Shown here: positions 53,760 through 64,000 of the stretch, piece by piece
How positions within the stretch are numbered: position 1 is the first letter of the stretch
Layout: each line of letters starts with the position of its first letter
DNA from: a virus
IMG/VR virus record: IMGVR_UViG_3300049718_000055
Coordinates: 24,633 to 88,632 of that record
Direction: 5' to 3' (one strand)
DNA: 64,000 nt
Translations under genes and position numbers: made by a program
Notes under the pieces: model-generated
The model's database searches: none
What the model was told of the DNA's origin: nothing
What the model saw: only the letters and a program-made list of their open reading frames with translations

Positions 53760-55940
53760 TCAACTCCACTTCCATGAATCCGAATCTCCCACCATTTCTT
53801 CGTCTTCCTGCCGAGCATCGTACTCCGCTACGCTATCGGAATCGATCATCTCTGCTGGAGTCCCCTCTCTAAACATCTGCTGTCGTGTACCCGTCCTGTC
53901 GTGGATCGGACTAAACGCTGTGTTCTGAAAATCCGCCGGCACTCTGATCTTCTTCCCATTCACAACCAAATCCGCCATTGCCCCGTGTTCGTTCACAATC
54001 CATGAGCCGATCTGTTTCTTCGAGAACTTCTCAGCTTCAAACGGAGAGGCTGAACGAAATAGTTCTATTGGGAATTTTTGACCGGAACCAAGTCCCATCT
54101 TGTAAACGATGTAGTTATTTGAGTCCTTGAGGGCGGTAGACGGCCGTTGTCTTACCTCTTGAAACTCTCCTTCGTGAGCACAGTAAATTGCTATCATCAT
54201 CGCCATTACCCGGTCATCATGCCCTTCTTCAGCCCCATCCTCCTCGAAATCCTTCAACTCTTCAATAAAGTATTTGTCGGGAATGATTATCATGTCGTCG
54301 CCCATTTCTTTTGCTAAACGAGCGATAAGATTCTTCTTGGAGTTGTAGTTTGTGTACCATCCTCCGATGTCTGTCTTGAAGTTCTTGAGACGATCCATCC
54401 TCTTATAGATATAAACATTGTCGTACTCGTACTCGCGGTACATCCTAGCGAAAGTTGCCATCCCCATTCCGTTCACTTCGATAGCCGAGAGGGCGTCGTT
54501 ATAGTATGTGCAGAGAGCTAGGTTTGTGTCTGCAAAGGTGTACGGATCTATGTGACCATGCCATGTAGCCACTAGTTCGTCTTTCCCCATCCCCTCCCCT
54601 AGCTTGATGACTTGGCAGCATGAGTAATCACCGCGAACCTTTCCAAGTGCAACGTCAGAGCCAACGCAATATCTTGCCCCTGGCTCCTTGAGTTTCCATA
54701 CGCTTAGCCTTGCTCCTACCTTTGTGTTCAATCCCCTCTTCTCTTCTTTAATGGGATGGATGCGAAGTTCTGTCTCCCACGCATTAAAGTCAAATCCTAC
54801 CTCTCCTATGTAGAGCGGCTCCCTCACTTTCTTGCTATAACGGTTGATGATCCCTCTTGGAATTGCCGTGACCGCTGAACTCTGGAAAGACTCTTCTGGA
54901 TTTGCTGGATATTCTTGAAAAAAACGAAGATCGTCGCCATGGGTATCTTCAAATCCCTTCTTTGTCTTCCGCATCCAGTTGAAGGTTTCATCGCTGATAA
55001 CGAACTTATTCTTTGCGATGATTGTTTCCCGCATTTCTTTTTCTTCGGTAGTGAGAACGAATTCCTTGTCTTTTGGAATTGGCAGTGAGTAGGTTTTTGC
55101 CCTTCGATAAAACTCGATGAATATAGGGTTCCAGTCAATCTCCCCCGACTCCGCGCTATTCCAAAAGTTCTGCCAATAATTATTCCGTCCATTGGCCGTG
55201 GAACCCATTACATAGAATCCGTCATCGGCATTGAACGTCGGGATCAGAGACTCGGTAAGTTCCTCTGGGTTATCCCATTTCGACAACTCATCCAAGACTG
55301 CGCGTCGGTATCCCTGTCCACGGCCTACGCCGCTTGGACGATTAGCATTGTCGGCGTACACCCAACTTTTCAGCCCCGGACGCATCGTTCTAAGGTTTTC
55401 ATCTGATTCGTCAAAGTTATAAAGTTTCCCAGTCTGATGAAGATTGACTCTCGGCTTCATCCACCACGGGATAAACTCAAACGCAGACTCGTACATTCCC
55501 ATGTTGTACTTGGCGCCGCGCTCATCTTGGCTTACGATAATCGAATCCGCTTGAGCGCAGAATATCGTCTTATGAAGGAACTCTCCGATCATGTACGTGG
55601 TATATCCAAGACGACGAGCCTTGAGAATAATTGCGCGAACTCTTCCGTCGCGCTTCTCTAATTTCCTTAGCTCATCGTGCAGAATTTCTTGGCTGTCAAA
55701 AAACGGATATAGACCTTGAAACCCCAATCCTTCCGTCTTGATCGCGTAATAATTAGAGAGAAAATATCGTGGTTCTTTTATGCAGTGAATGATCTCGCTG
55801 TCGATCCACTTGCTATCGTCTCCCGAAAGAGATGCACGTGCTTGGTCGTCTCCTTTGTCTCCTTCTACAAACTTCGCCCGATGATTATCTAAGATTTCGA
55901 TGTACTCCCCGAGATATTTGTTTGCTCTGTTGATTGACAT
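53760..55940 (-). CDS. terL: Terminase large subunit
   Basis: LKARRLGYTT Walker A, AVLDE Walker B, GSTANG, QEYP, GSDVALG, HDDRVMA. Confidence 0.96.
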   Translation of the reverse strand: MSINRANKYLGEYIEILDNHRAKFVEGDKGDDQARASLSGDDSKWIDSEIIHCIKEPRYFLSNYYAIKTEGLGFQGLYPFFDSQEILHDELRKLEKRDGRVRAIILKARRLGYTTYMIGEFLHKTIFCAQADSIIVSQDERGAKYNMGMYESAFEFIPWWMKPRVNLHQTGKLYNFDESDENLRTMRPGLKSWVYADNANRPSGVGRGQGYRRAVLDELSKWDNPEELTESLIPTFNADDGFYVMGSTANGRNNYWQNFWNSAESGEIDWNPIFIEFYRRAKTYSLPIPKDKEFVLTTEEKEMRETIIAKNKFVISDETFNWMRKTKKGFEDTHGDDLRFFQEYPANPEESFQSSAVTAIPRGIINRYSKKVREPLYIGEVGFDFNAWETELRIHPIKEEKRGLNTKVGARLSVWKLKEPGARYCVGSDVALGKVRGDYSCCQVIKLGEGMGKDELVATWHGHIDPYTFADTNLALCTYYNDALSAIEVNGMGMATFARMYREYEYDNVYIYKRMDRLKNFKTDIGGWYTNYNSKKNLIARLAKEMGDDMIIIPDKYFIEELKDFEEDGAEEGHDDRVMAMMIAIYCAHEGEFQEVRQRPSTALKDSNNYIVYKMGLGSGQKFPIELFRSASPFEAEKFSKKQIGSWIVNEHGAMADLVVNGKKIRVPADFQNTAFSPIHDRTGTRQQMFREGTPAEMIDSDSVAEYDARQEDEEMVGDSDSWKWS

Positions 55941-55942
55941 AT

Positions 55943-56389
55943 TTACACCCACCCATCATACGCACCAGCCGCCATCAAACGCCGAAGTTCCCTCTTCCAG
56001 TTTTTACCTTCACCCATAGAGCGGCCATGTTTTAGATTTACTTTCATGTGAACCATTTCGTGAATAAGAGTGATCCTCGTTTCATTTACTCCCAGATCGT
56101 CCGCCAAAGCCAATGTTTGAGGAACTGGTACTCCGTGATGTTTTCCGCATGAGCAGAATCCATCAGTGTCTCTATCGATGCTCCCGCTGAGCCTGTCCAT
56201 CTCGTTACGCGGAAGAAACTTTATTTGCATTTCTTCGACCGGGGGGATGCTGTTTCCAAAGTAGTTCTTGCGGATAGAGCGGTAGTCTCTCGCCAGATCA
56301 ATATCCCGCAACTCAGATACGGTAGTGACCATCTCGCGGATTCGTTCGACTTCCCATGTTGGGAGTTTGAAGTTGCTACTCTTCTTCAT
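55943..56389 (-). CDS. SprT-like metalloprotease
   Basis: TLIHEMVH..HG..WKREL. Confidence 0.8.
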   Translation of the reverse strand: MKKSSNFKLPTWEVERIREMVTTVSELRDIDLARDYRSIRKNYFGNSIPPVEEMQIKFLPRNEMDRLSGSIDRDTDGFCSCGKHHGVPVPQTLALADDLGVNETRITLIHEMVHMKVNLKHGRSMGEGKNWKRELRRLMAAGAYDGWV

Positions 56390-57017
56390 CTTCGCCGCTC
56401 TCGTCTTCATCTTCAACATCATCGTAACTTTCTGCCAAGGAATCATTCTTGTCCAGTAATGCTGGCATTCCTATTACTTCTGCGGGGCGAGAATTTTCTT
56501 GGTCTATTTGCTTTCTCAGTCGAACAAGACGCTCCTCGTAGGTTTCCGCCGTACTTAGGGTAGCAACCTGATTCGTCTGTGTGTTGTTGACCTCAACCAT
56601 CGGCCCCTTCGGCTGCTTTGCAACTATGATGTCCTTCACGATGCGGCTGGCCTCAAGCCGTGTGGTCTTGTCGTCCTGCTTGACCACCTTCTTGTTCCCG
56701 GTGTTCCCGTCTGGAACCTCAATCAACTCCGTCGCCATCAAAAGCCCCGCCATGCCCTCTTCCCACGCCGGCATCACCTTGAGGATTGATTCGTTGAGCC
56801 GAAGATCAACCCTCCCGGTTTCGTTCTGTCTGTTGTACATCTCGATCTGGCGAACGGATGACTTGACCGTATCCTTGCTCACTCCTTCAGACTTGGCGAT
56901 AGCCGCCAAACGCTCAACCTCAGTCCCGGTGAGAGCCTGAAACTTCACAAACCGCATCAGGTGACGCGAGTCGCGCATGTTGCGAGTGGATAGGGCTGCT
57001 GTGTAACTGCTCTTCAT
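56376..57017 (-). CDS. Candidate terminase small subunit
   Basis: N-terminal HTH (IAKSEGVSKDTV), helical body, VEVNNTQTNQ tail; upstream of TerL. Confidence 0.5.
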   Translation of the reverse strand: MKSSYTAALSTRNMRDSRHLMRFVKFQALTGTEVERLAAIAKSEGVSKDTVKSSVRQIEMYNRQNETGRVDLRLNESILKVMPAWEEGMAGLLMATELIEVPDGNTGNKKVVKQDDKTTRLEASRIVKDIIVAKQPKGPMVEVNNTQTNQVATLSTAETYEERLVRLRKQIDQENSRPAEVIGMPALLDKNDSLAESYDDVEDEDESGEDEEE

Positions 57018-57277
57018 GGTTTAGAGATGCTCCTCAAGTACATCGGGACAACTTCCCGAGGATTAAAGTTCTTGAGATTTTCCATCAGCGAGAATACTCC
57101 CTGGAAGTCTTTTGCCGTAAAACTTCTTATGAGTTGATTCTCTGCTTTGATAACCTCAAGGGTTAGTTGCGTAGTAAATCCAGCGATGAAGGGTATTGTA
57201 TTCTCGTTGAATTTCACGGTGTACGCATCGAGCTTCTTGTCGATGAGTGCTTCGATTGCCTTGATTAAATCATCCAT
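57014..57277 (-). CDS. Short paralog of a scaffold segment
   Basis: KFNENTIPFIAGF versus scaffold KFNSETIPFVAGF. Confidence 0.65.
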   Translation of the reverse strand: MDDLIKAIEALIDKKLDAYTVKFNENTIPFIAGFTTQLTLEVIKAENQLIRSFTAKDFQGVFSLMENLKNFNPREVVPMYLRSISKP

Positions 57278-57304
57278 TTATTTCTCCTTTTCCAAAATTT
57301 GGAA

Positions 57305-57811
57305 TTACTCCGGCTTCTCGCTGATACCATAGCCTGTCAGTTCCCTGATTCTCGCATTGTCCGCATCGCGTGTTGCGGCCTTCATCCTCTCAGTGACCTC
57401 GAAGCCTGCCGCGGCTTCATTCCGTTCCTGCTCCAAAATTTCTTCCTCGGTCGCAGTCACATCGACTTCTCCGGTGGGCTCGTCCGGTGCATCCGGTTCT
57501 TCGGGCTTGGTTGAAAATCGTGCAAAGTACGGCGGCGGCATTGTTGCCGGAGCCGATGGTGGTTGAGGGATGATCGACTCCGGCTCATCTCCGAGTTGCT
57601 GCCCCGTTCCCGATTGAGCTATCTGACGCAAGATGGCAAGGTCTTCACGGTAGGCCCGAGCTATCTCCGTCGCGTCCTTCAAGGTGCTGGCGAGGTCGTT
57701 GGCTGTTCCGATAATCCGTCGCCAACCTGCCGTAGCCCCGCGAACAAACGAAGCTACTCCAAGAATAGAGAACAAGCAAACCGGAACAATGATCCACAGA
57801 TAATCTCTCAT
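57305..57811 (-). CDS. Membrane-anchored hypothetical protein
   Basis: N-terminal TM helix. Confidence 0.6.
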   Translation of the reverse strand: MRDYLWIIVPVCLFSILGVASFVRGATAGWRRIIGTANDLASTLKDATEIARAYREDLAILRQIAQSGTGQQLGDEPESIIPQPPSAPATMPPPYFARFSTKPEEPDAPDEPTGEVDVTATEEEILEQERNEAAAGFEVTERMKAATRDADNARIRELTGYGISEKPE

Positions 57812-58050
57812 TCTCCGATCCTAACTTCACTGCCGTCCTCGCGCAGCGCCAGCATCTCCATCGATGTCATCGTTGTGGACTGGACCTTGTACTTGCATCC
57901 GGTCTTCGGATTATTGCAAACATACTCCAGATGGCTCACCACCTGTTTCTGTCCCTTGCGGACCATGACCACCTTCGGCTTCAAAAAGGTTCCGCACTCA
58001 TGACAAACGAGATTGGCCGCGACTAGCGGCGATAATTCCGGCATCGACAT
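57808..58050 (-). CDS. Zn-ribbon protein
   Basis: CHECG..CNNPKTGC. Confidence 0.6.
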   Translation of the reverse strand: MSMPELSPLVAANLVCHECGTFLKPKVVMVRKGQKQVVSHLEYVCNNPKTGCKYKVQSTTMTSMEMLALREDGSEVRIGE

Positions 58051-58606
58051 GATGATTTTCCTCGATTCTTCTGATTTGCGCTAGGCGCATTGACTTCCAA
58101 TTGTGGAACATCCTCAGAATAGATTTCTTTCTCCCCTCGCTTGGGATACGATCAACAAAAGAAATTCCATCCAGATGATCGATTTCGTGCTGTACGATTC
58201 TTGCCATTCTTCCGTGAAACGTGAACTTCCTTCGGTAGTCCGGCGCTGTCGCCAGAGATGCTTCGATGTCCACCATTCCCATTCTCGGTATCATAGACTC
58301 ATTCCCCGGTGGCGGCACGTTCGAGCACCATTCCAACCCGTTGATCTCTCTTCCGTACAACCGCGTGATCTCCGGGTTCAACAAACCAAGTACAGACCCT
58401 TTGGGCATTTCGATCAGTATAAACCTCCTGAAACACCCGATCTGCGGAGCCGCTAATCCGAACCCGTCGGCCTTTCGCATGACATCTCTCATGTACTTGA
58501 ACAGACCTGGAATGTCCGGCCACTCTTTCTCCTCGACCGGCCTTGCGAGAATGTTGTTCATCTGCGGCCCATAGGTTAAGAGCCTGAAGTCCCTTTGGTA
58601 ATACAT
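57998..58606 (-). CDS. def: Peptide deformylase-like protein
   Basis: GFGLAAPQIG, EWCSNV (canonical EGCLS), QHEIDHLDG. Confidence 0.88.
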   Translation of the reverse strand: MYYQRDFRLLTYGPQMNNILARPVEEKEWPDIPGLFKYMRDVMRKADGFGLAAPQIGCFRRFILIEMPKGSVLGLLNPEITRLYGREINGLEWCSNVPPPGNESMIPRMGMVDIEASLATAPDYRRKFTFHGRMARIVQHEIDHLDGISFVDRIPSEGRKKSILRMFHNWKSMRLAQIRRIEENHHVDAGIIAASRGQSRLS

Positions 58607-58609
58607 TCG

Positions 58610-61009
58610 TCACCTGGGGATGAGTATGCTCTGTCTTTGTGCCTTAATCATGACCTCAATTGCTTCAGGCACGGGTGAACTCCCAATCAACTCAAGGCGC
58701 TGAGTGTCGGCCTTGATCCACTGCGGAACATACTCCCTGTGAACGGCGCACGGAACCCCGCCGGTACACTCACAGCCGATGAAGGTTTCAAGCCGCTTCC
58801 TCGCCTCGACAGTCCAATCAAAATTTTCAGGATAGATTTGCGAAAGGAAATAATCCGCAAGGAAGCACTTCTGGTCGGACCTTAATCCAACCGCTCTGCC
58901 GGCAACTAGCGGACCTGCGTTGCTCGGGATGAGACAGATCATATAGGCTACGCTCTTCCATGATGACCTGTCGCCTACGGGCTCGGGGGCTTCTATAACA
59001 ACTGGCGCCGCGGATGGCTCTTCTTTTCTGCCGCCTCTGCGGTCGATGACTTCGATTTTAGAATTCGACAACGTAATCCTCCTTGTCGCTCGTGACTATT
59101 TCTCCCGGCTGAAGACAGGCTCCATATATCAACCGAGACTTCTCCGTTCCTGCCTTGCCGGTTATCTCGTAAAGGGCTACGCACTGCCCCTTAATGTCAA
59201 CGAATCCATTCTTGACTTCCCTCTTTGTCCCGGCTCTGACCTTCAAACTCGCCATATCAATTCACCTTCTTCTTTTCGGAATCGATGGCGTCCTTGATGA
59301 CCGACACCATCATTTGATTTTCCCCGGTCTTGTACCCCTCTTCGATCTGCTTCCTGAAAGCCGCTTCCGTCACCATCTCTGCGGCCCTCGTCATTCCCAT
59401 CTGAAGAGTAAAATCCATGAAGTTCCCTTGGATTTCCAGACCATGCGGCGCGTGGATAATCACTAAAGCAGGGCACCCCTCGCGCTCCTTCAAATGGTTC
59501 TGGACCGCAAGCATGAACTGCTCGTGAGTGGTTACAGGTTCCATCAATTCACCATTGCCGAGTGCGAGATGATTGTACGCCCACCGGCCCGAGGTTCAAC
59601 TTTTGGATGGCAAGCGCAGTCGCGTACAAAATCGTGGACGCCGAACGACAAGTACGTGGGGTCTTTCTTGTCCTCGACAACCGGAACGATGTGAACGTCG
59701 TCGCCATAGATTGGGTCGTCTGCATCCAACGTCATGTCCGGCGTGATGAGTTACATCTTCCCGACTTCAAGATTCTTCACACAGACGGCCCAGCGCATTA
59801 CTTCTTCCCCTTGCCAAAGAACTGCGCGATCTTGCGCTCAATCGCCAACTCCTCCGGGTCCGCCGGGCGCCGCTTGATGCGGATTTCCAAGTAGTAGGTG
59901 TTCTCCTGCTTGTCCGGGTTTGGGTTGTCGTTCTGGTGGAAGTCCCACTCAAACACCCCCGTATCCCACTCGTAAACCGATGAGCCCCACGATACCTTCG
60001 CCTGGTTCTGCTGAATCGGAAGCCGGAAGGCTTTCAAGAGAACGGCCTTGAGTTCGGTCCACTGCTCAACCGTCACGTTCTCGTACTTCGTTACTTCGTT
60101 TGCAAATTTCTCTGTCGGCATTGCTTCCTACCTTTACGCTGGATTTTGACTGCCCTGTTCAAACGGAAGAGCCGGAGACTTTACCTTACGCTTCCAGCCC
60201 TTCCCCTTCTTGCGCTCCCACGGCCAAATGTAGCGGCCGGCAAACCAGATACTCAATCCGGGATTCAACGACTCCTTCGCGCCGCGGTAGATCCCAAACA
60301 CCAAATTCTTTTGTGTCAGTCGAGACTTCACCCCATCCTCCCCCTCATTCCAAAATTTGGAATCCAAAACCGCTCACGCCACCTTCGCGGCTTCTTCGAC
60401 CTTACACCCGCACCTGTGTTCGTAGTGATACCGCCAGAGTTCGCCACTCGCGCACCGCATCACAATTTCCCCGTCCGGCACGGAAGCGGCTCCGGTCAAC
60501 AGTATGCTTTCCAACATCAATTGCATGTGGTCAACCAACAGTTTGTCGATTGCCTCCATCGCATCTTTGCGATGTTGGTCGTACTGGTGGATCACTCGCC
60601 GCACGAAGAACTTCTTCCCGGCCAACTCAAGCATTAGCCATCGCTCGTTTCCCAAGTCCCCACTTGTCGAGCAGAACCGAAAGTCTTCCAACTCCAACTG
60701 AATCTTCATTCGCCCTCCAGAGCCGCCCCAAAACCGCCAGCGTTACTCGGCCGGCTTGAGTTCTAATTTTTGGTATACCTGCTTGTCGATCATCTCGCGG
60801 AATTGTTTCAGTGTCGTCTCTGCTGACACCTTCTCTATCTTTCCGAATTCGATGACAGACTCGATAGGAACAAGCACAGCATCTTCCCAGGGCAACTTCA
60901 CGCTCCGCGAGCCTATCTCTCCGAAAAACCGCTGTTGTGGTTGTAGATGATCCCAAACCCACTCTACTGTCTCTTTTGGTGCGAAGATTATTTTCATTTG
61001 ATCCTCCAA
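58610..61009 (-). CDS. Run of small hypothetical genes (58610-59071, 59058-59255, 59257-59547, 59544-59735, 59798-60121, 60374-60709, 60743-61009)
   Basis: Tightly packed ORFs with RBSs; no recognisable motifs. Confidence 0.55.
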
Positions 61010-61930
61010 TCTGATTTCAAAACCGCCAGCCCGCGCCAGCGGGCGTCGTCGCGCCCTACGTGCCCTCTTTTACGACTTCACCTATCGGCATTATCGCGGG
61101 CATCGGTTGGTTCGGTGCGTACTCGATGAACACAACACCATGTCCAGACTTGTTTGCGTCGGCTCTGATATTCTCTTTCGCCTTCGCGCTTAACGAACCA
61201 CGTTGAAATGTAATTGCGATCATTTTTTTCATTCCTCTCTTTCTGCCTATATCATCACCCTACTACACATTGCCTACATCGTCAATCCACACACTCCCCA
61301 TTTTTCCTTTTTTCTTCGCAAACTTTATTCAAAAACTGCGTACATCATTTCCACTTTTAGAATCTTGAATATTTCTTCGCTGGACTAGTCGCGTCGCGTC
61401 CCTGATGCCCCCCGTACCCCTTGGTTTGGGTCCGTTGCGTCGTGGCTGCGTGGTGGTGGGCTGCTGGCCGTGCAGGGCTGCGGCTGGCCGGGGCTGCGGA
61501 GCGGGGGCCGGGGGCAAGCCGTCAAGGTAGCAGGATAGGACCGGGCCGGATGGTCAGCGAGTCGATGGTTGCCGGGTCTGGTATGTGCTGGATGGTCAGA
61601 GCGTGGCCGGGTGCTGTGCCGTCTGATGCCTTGCCTGTCTGGTGCCTGGTACTGCGGTGCCGCGTTCCTTCCCTTGCCGAGTGTCTTGCCTTCCCTGTGT
61701 GCTGTCTCTCCCCTATAAGCCTTGTCTCCCTTGCCCTGCGGGGCTGGCGGCTTTGCCGGTAGATCGAGTCGCCGTGGCCGTCCCTGCCGGGTGCCTGTAG
61801 CTGGGCGAAACTGCCATAGGGTAGTATGCCCAGTTGCCTTGCGAGGGCTGTACGGGGCGCTGGCGAGGCCGTTTGGAGCATGAAAAGCCCCCAGCCGAAG
61901 CCGGGGGCTAGATTCCAAAGTTTGGAAAGA

Positions 61931-63915
61931 CTACCGGGCGAGTGTCTCCGCTGCCTTATCCTCGTCTGCCTGTGTGGTGTGCGCGTCGAAGGCATCCAGC
62001 AGGCCGTCGATGTCCGTCTCCCTCAAGTCCTTGGTGCCGTCTATCTCAATCTCCAAGAACGCTTCAAGGTTGCGGAGTGCTGACCAATACAGGTCTTGCG
62101 TTGACCGCGCCGCACTGAGCAGTGCCTGTGCTTCCGGCTTCGCTGCGGGCCCGTGCTCCATCTCCGCTATTACTCCCCTTGCGGCTCCACGGTCTGCCTC
62201 TGTAGGCTGCGGCTTTGCCGTCGCCCTGGCGTGAAACTCTCCATAGCTCAGCGCGAACCCTGGCAGGGCGCGGCAAACGTTGTAGGCTGTCGCTACCAGG
62301 CAATCGACTACATACAGGTAGGTGCTCATGCCGCCGCGCTGCTCGTGGTCAAGTTCCTGTATTCCGTTTGTCCTGATCGTGCCGGCGACTTCGTCAATGA
62401 TGCGGTTTACTACCTGGGTTGTGTGTGCGTAGTCCTGCCTGTCCACAGGTGATACTTCAAAGATTCTCAGGTTCATGGTGCGACCCTCCAGAGGTCAAAA
62501 CAATGTCGGGTGAATGGTTCCGAAGAATAGAGGAGATTCCCTTTCCATCTTCCCCGTTCTTCCGTCTATGGCTGGCCGAGGTTCGATCAGCCGTTTGGTT
62601 AGCTCTTCGCCGCTGTACTCTGCCGCGGATTGCGCTTGCTCCTCTACTGCCGCTTCCATGCCGTCGAAGATGTGAGACTCTACCGGCTGCGACTTGCGGC
62701 GGGCCATTAGTAGCCGCCCGTGATCGTCACTTCGTAGCTGTGCGCGTCCTGCCGCACGGTGTAGACGATACCTTCCCGCACCAGTTGAGCGATGAACCGA
62801 GCCAGCCGCGTTTCCTCATCCATTGCGAAAGTGATTGTGTGCCCCATGGTGTTTCCCTCCAATGTCCCTACTATCGGCCAAAGCCGCTAAGACTTCAATA
62901 CCCCTCATTTCTGCCATGCTACGGGCTGCGGAACCCGGCGCCGATGCGTCTCAGAGGCTCCTACAGCGGCTTTTAGGCCAGAAAAAGGCCAGAGCCGAAG
63001 CCCTGGCCGATCTCTCGCACTCGCGCTCTACTGGGTAATTCCGTCCATTGCTTCCCATATGCAGGTCTGGTTATACTTTGCTCCGTCTGGTGTCTTCTGT
63101 CCGGTTAGCTCTGCCGCCAGCTTGCGCGATGCCCTGCCGCGTCCATACCTCAACACGAGGTCTACAGCGCGGCGATAGAGCGGTTCGTCATTGTTGATCC
63201 ACAGCGAGACATTCCAAGCGTTCCAACTGCGACGCCCTTGATACTCTTTTGACTTCCCCATTATTGCACCCTCCGCCAGCCTTCCGGCCAGCCGTTAAAG
63301 ATAAAGCACGGCCAGGATCACCCCGGCCACTACCGCATAAAACAACAATGCGGCCATCATCCCACGAAAACAACCCAAGCCGTCATAGTCTCCGTTTTCG
63401 TGTTCGTTCCATTCCGGCCTGTCCGCTACCACCTGCCGGAGTCTCCGACCCATTGCGCGTTGCGCCTGCCAACGGTCACAAGCCGGCTTCCCATAATGCG
63501 CCGCTATGACCATGATTACCGCTGCAAAGATTATGTCCATAACGCCTCCACTCCCTAACTATCCCCCAAAACCGCCAGAGGTTCAAGGGGCCACTCTCCA
63601 GCACTTCACGCAACGCCGCGCACCGTTCAAAACTGCCAGATTCCCACCGCACCTGCAAAGCTCCTCTGCCGGCTTCGGACTCTCGATCTCGCACTGCTTC
63701 TCAATCTCTCTCGCGCTCGGTTTCTCGCTCGGTCTCGCAATAATCATTTTCTCCGGCTTCGCGCTCTCGTTCCACTTCCGGCTTTTACATCCTGAACACC
63801 TGGGAGGGATCGTCGGACTAAACCACGTGTACCCGCATTTCTCACACGTACAGTCGTATGCTTTCGTCTCTCTTATCATGGCACCATAGTACCATTCATG
63901 GCACCATAGTACCAA
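61931..63915 (-). CDS. Run of small hypothetical genes (61931-62476, 62495-62707, 63028-63261, 63295-63540, 63583-63915)
   Basis: GGAG(G) RBSs; 63028 has WNVSLWINNDEPLY; 63583 has CxC/CxxC Zn motifs. Confidence 0.55.
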
Positions 63916-63937
63916 TAGCCATTGGTGCTATGTACCA
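63886..63937. repeat. Tandem TCATGGCACCATAGTACCA x2 plus a degenerate TGGT-N5-GTACCA
   Basis: Direct inspection; coordinates approximate. Confidence 0.55.
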
Positions 63938-64000
63938 AAAACGCTACATCCACGGTCCTAGAAGGGGCGCGGCGGGGGCGGAGAAACGTCTAACGCCGCG

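Larger units (their letters stand above)
8189..61927. repeat. Dispersed 15-bp palindrome YTCCAA-NNN-TTGGAR, 14 copies
   Basis: Starts at 8189, 10163, 19192 (one core mismatch), 26704, 28341, 33457, 36591, 37354, 41379, 44637, 53745, 57290, 60348, 61913. Confidence 0.85.

Noticed and set aside
52478-55952. Split or intron-interrupted terminase
   Set aside because: TerL already contains complete ATPase and nuclease domains; the second ORF is a paralog
8189-61927. CRISPR array from the palindromic repeats or regularly spaced tRNAs
   Set aside because: Repeats are dispersed with no spacer periodicity and no cas genes
61329-61995. GC-rich overlapping Pro/Arg-rich ORFs
   Set aside because: Low-complexity translations in several frames; true coding frame not identifiable
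1-64000. Integrase, att sites, lysis cassette, DNA polymerase
   Set aside because: None recognised in this window, so lifestyle cannot be determined

Overview
The window is about 64 kb of a tailed dsDNA phage or prophage, almost all on the minus strand, with a podovirus-like layout (no tape measure or sheath seen). It carries TerL, portal, scaffold, major capsid, adaptor and nozzle genes, DNA-ejection proteins, and a 3614-aa polyvalent virion protein with ParB-like, HExxH peptidase and Strawberry-notch-type helicase domains. A stand-alone REC protein and Fn3/chitobiase repeats weakly suggest an Acidobacteriota host. A 6.4-kb island inside the tail module holds 35 tRNA genes covering all 20 amino acids, one interrupted tRNA-like element, RtcB, an HNH nuclease and a GIY-YIG nuclease. 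Main result: the tRNAs form three operons, each preceded by a sigma70-like promoter, a 20-23 codon leader peptide below the ORF-track cut-off, an antiterminator and an intrinsic terminator. Each leader's codons match the anticodons of the tRNAs in its own operon (12/12, 12/12, 7/7). This looks like ribosome-mediated attenuation that senses loss of specific host tRNAs and switches on matching replacement tRNAs plus a repair ligase. The tRNAs are structurally unusual: three tRNA-Arg have a relocated D-loop, Leu tRNAs lack the long variable arm, Gly/Lys/Ile tRNAs have one, and one tRNA-Ser folds 8/4. Other observations are 14 copies of a 15-bp palindrome, stand-alone partial paralogs of the TerL nuclease domain and of the scaffold, and several unassigned structured RNAs. 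All calls were made by eye, and novelty was not checked against databases or literature.
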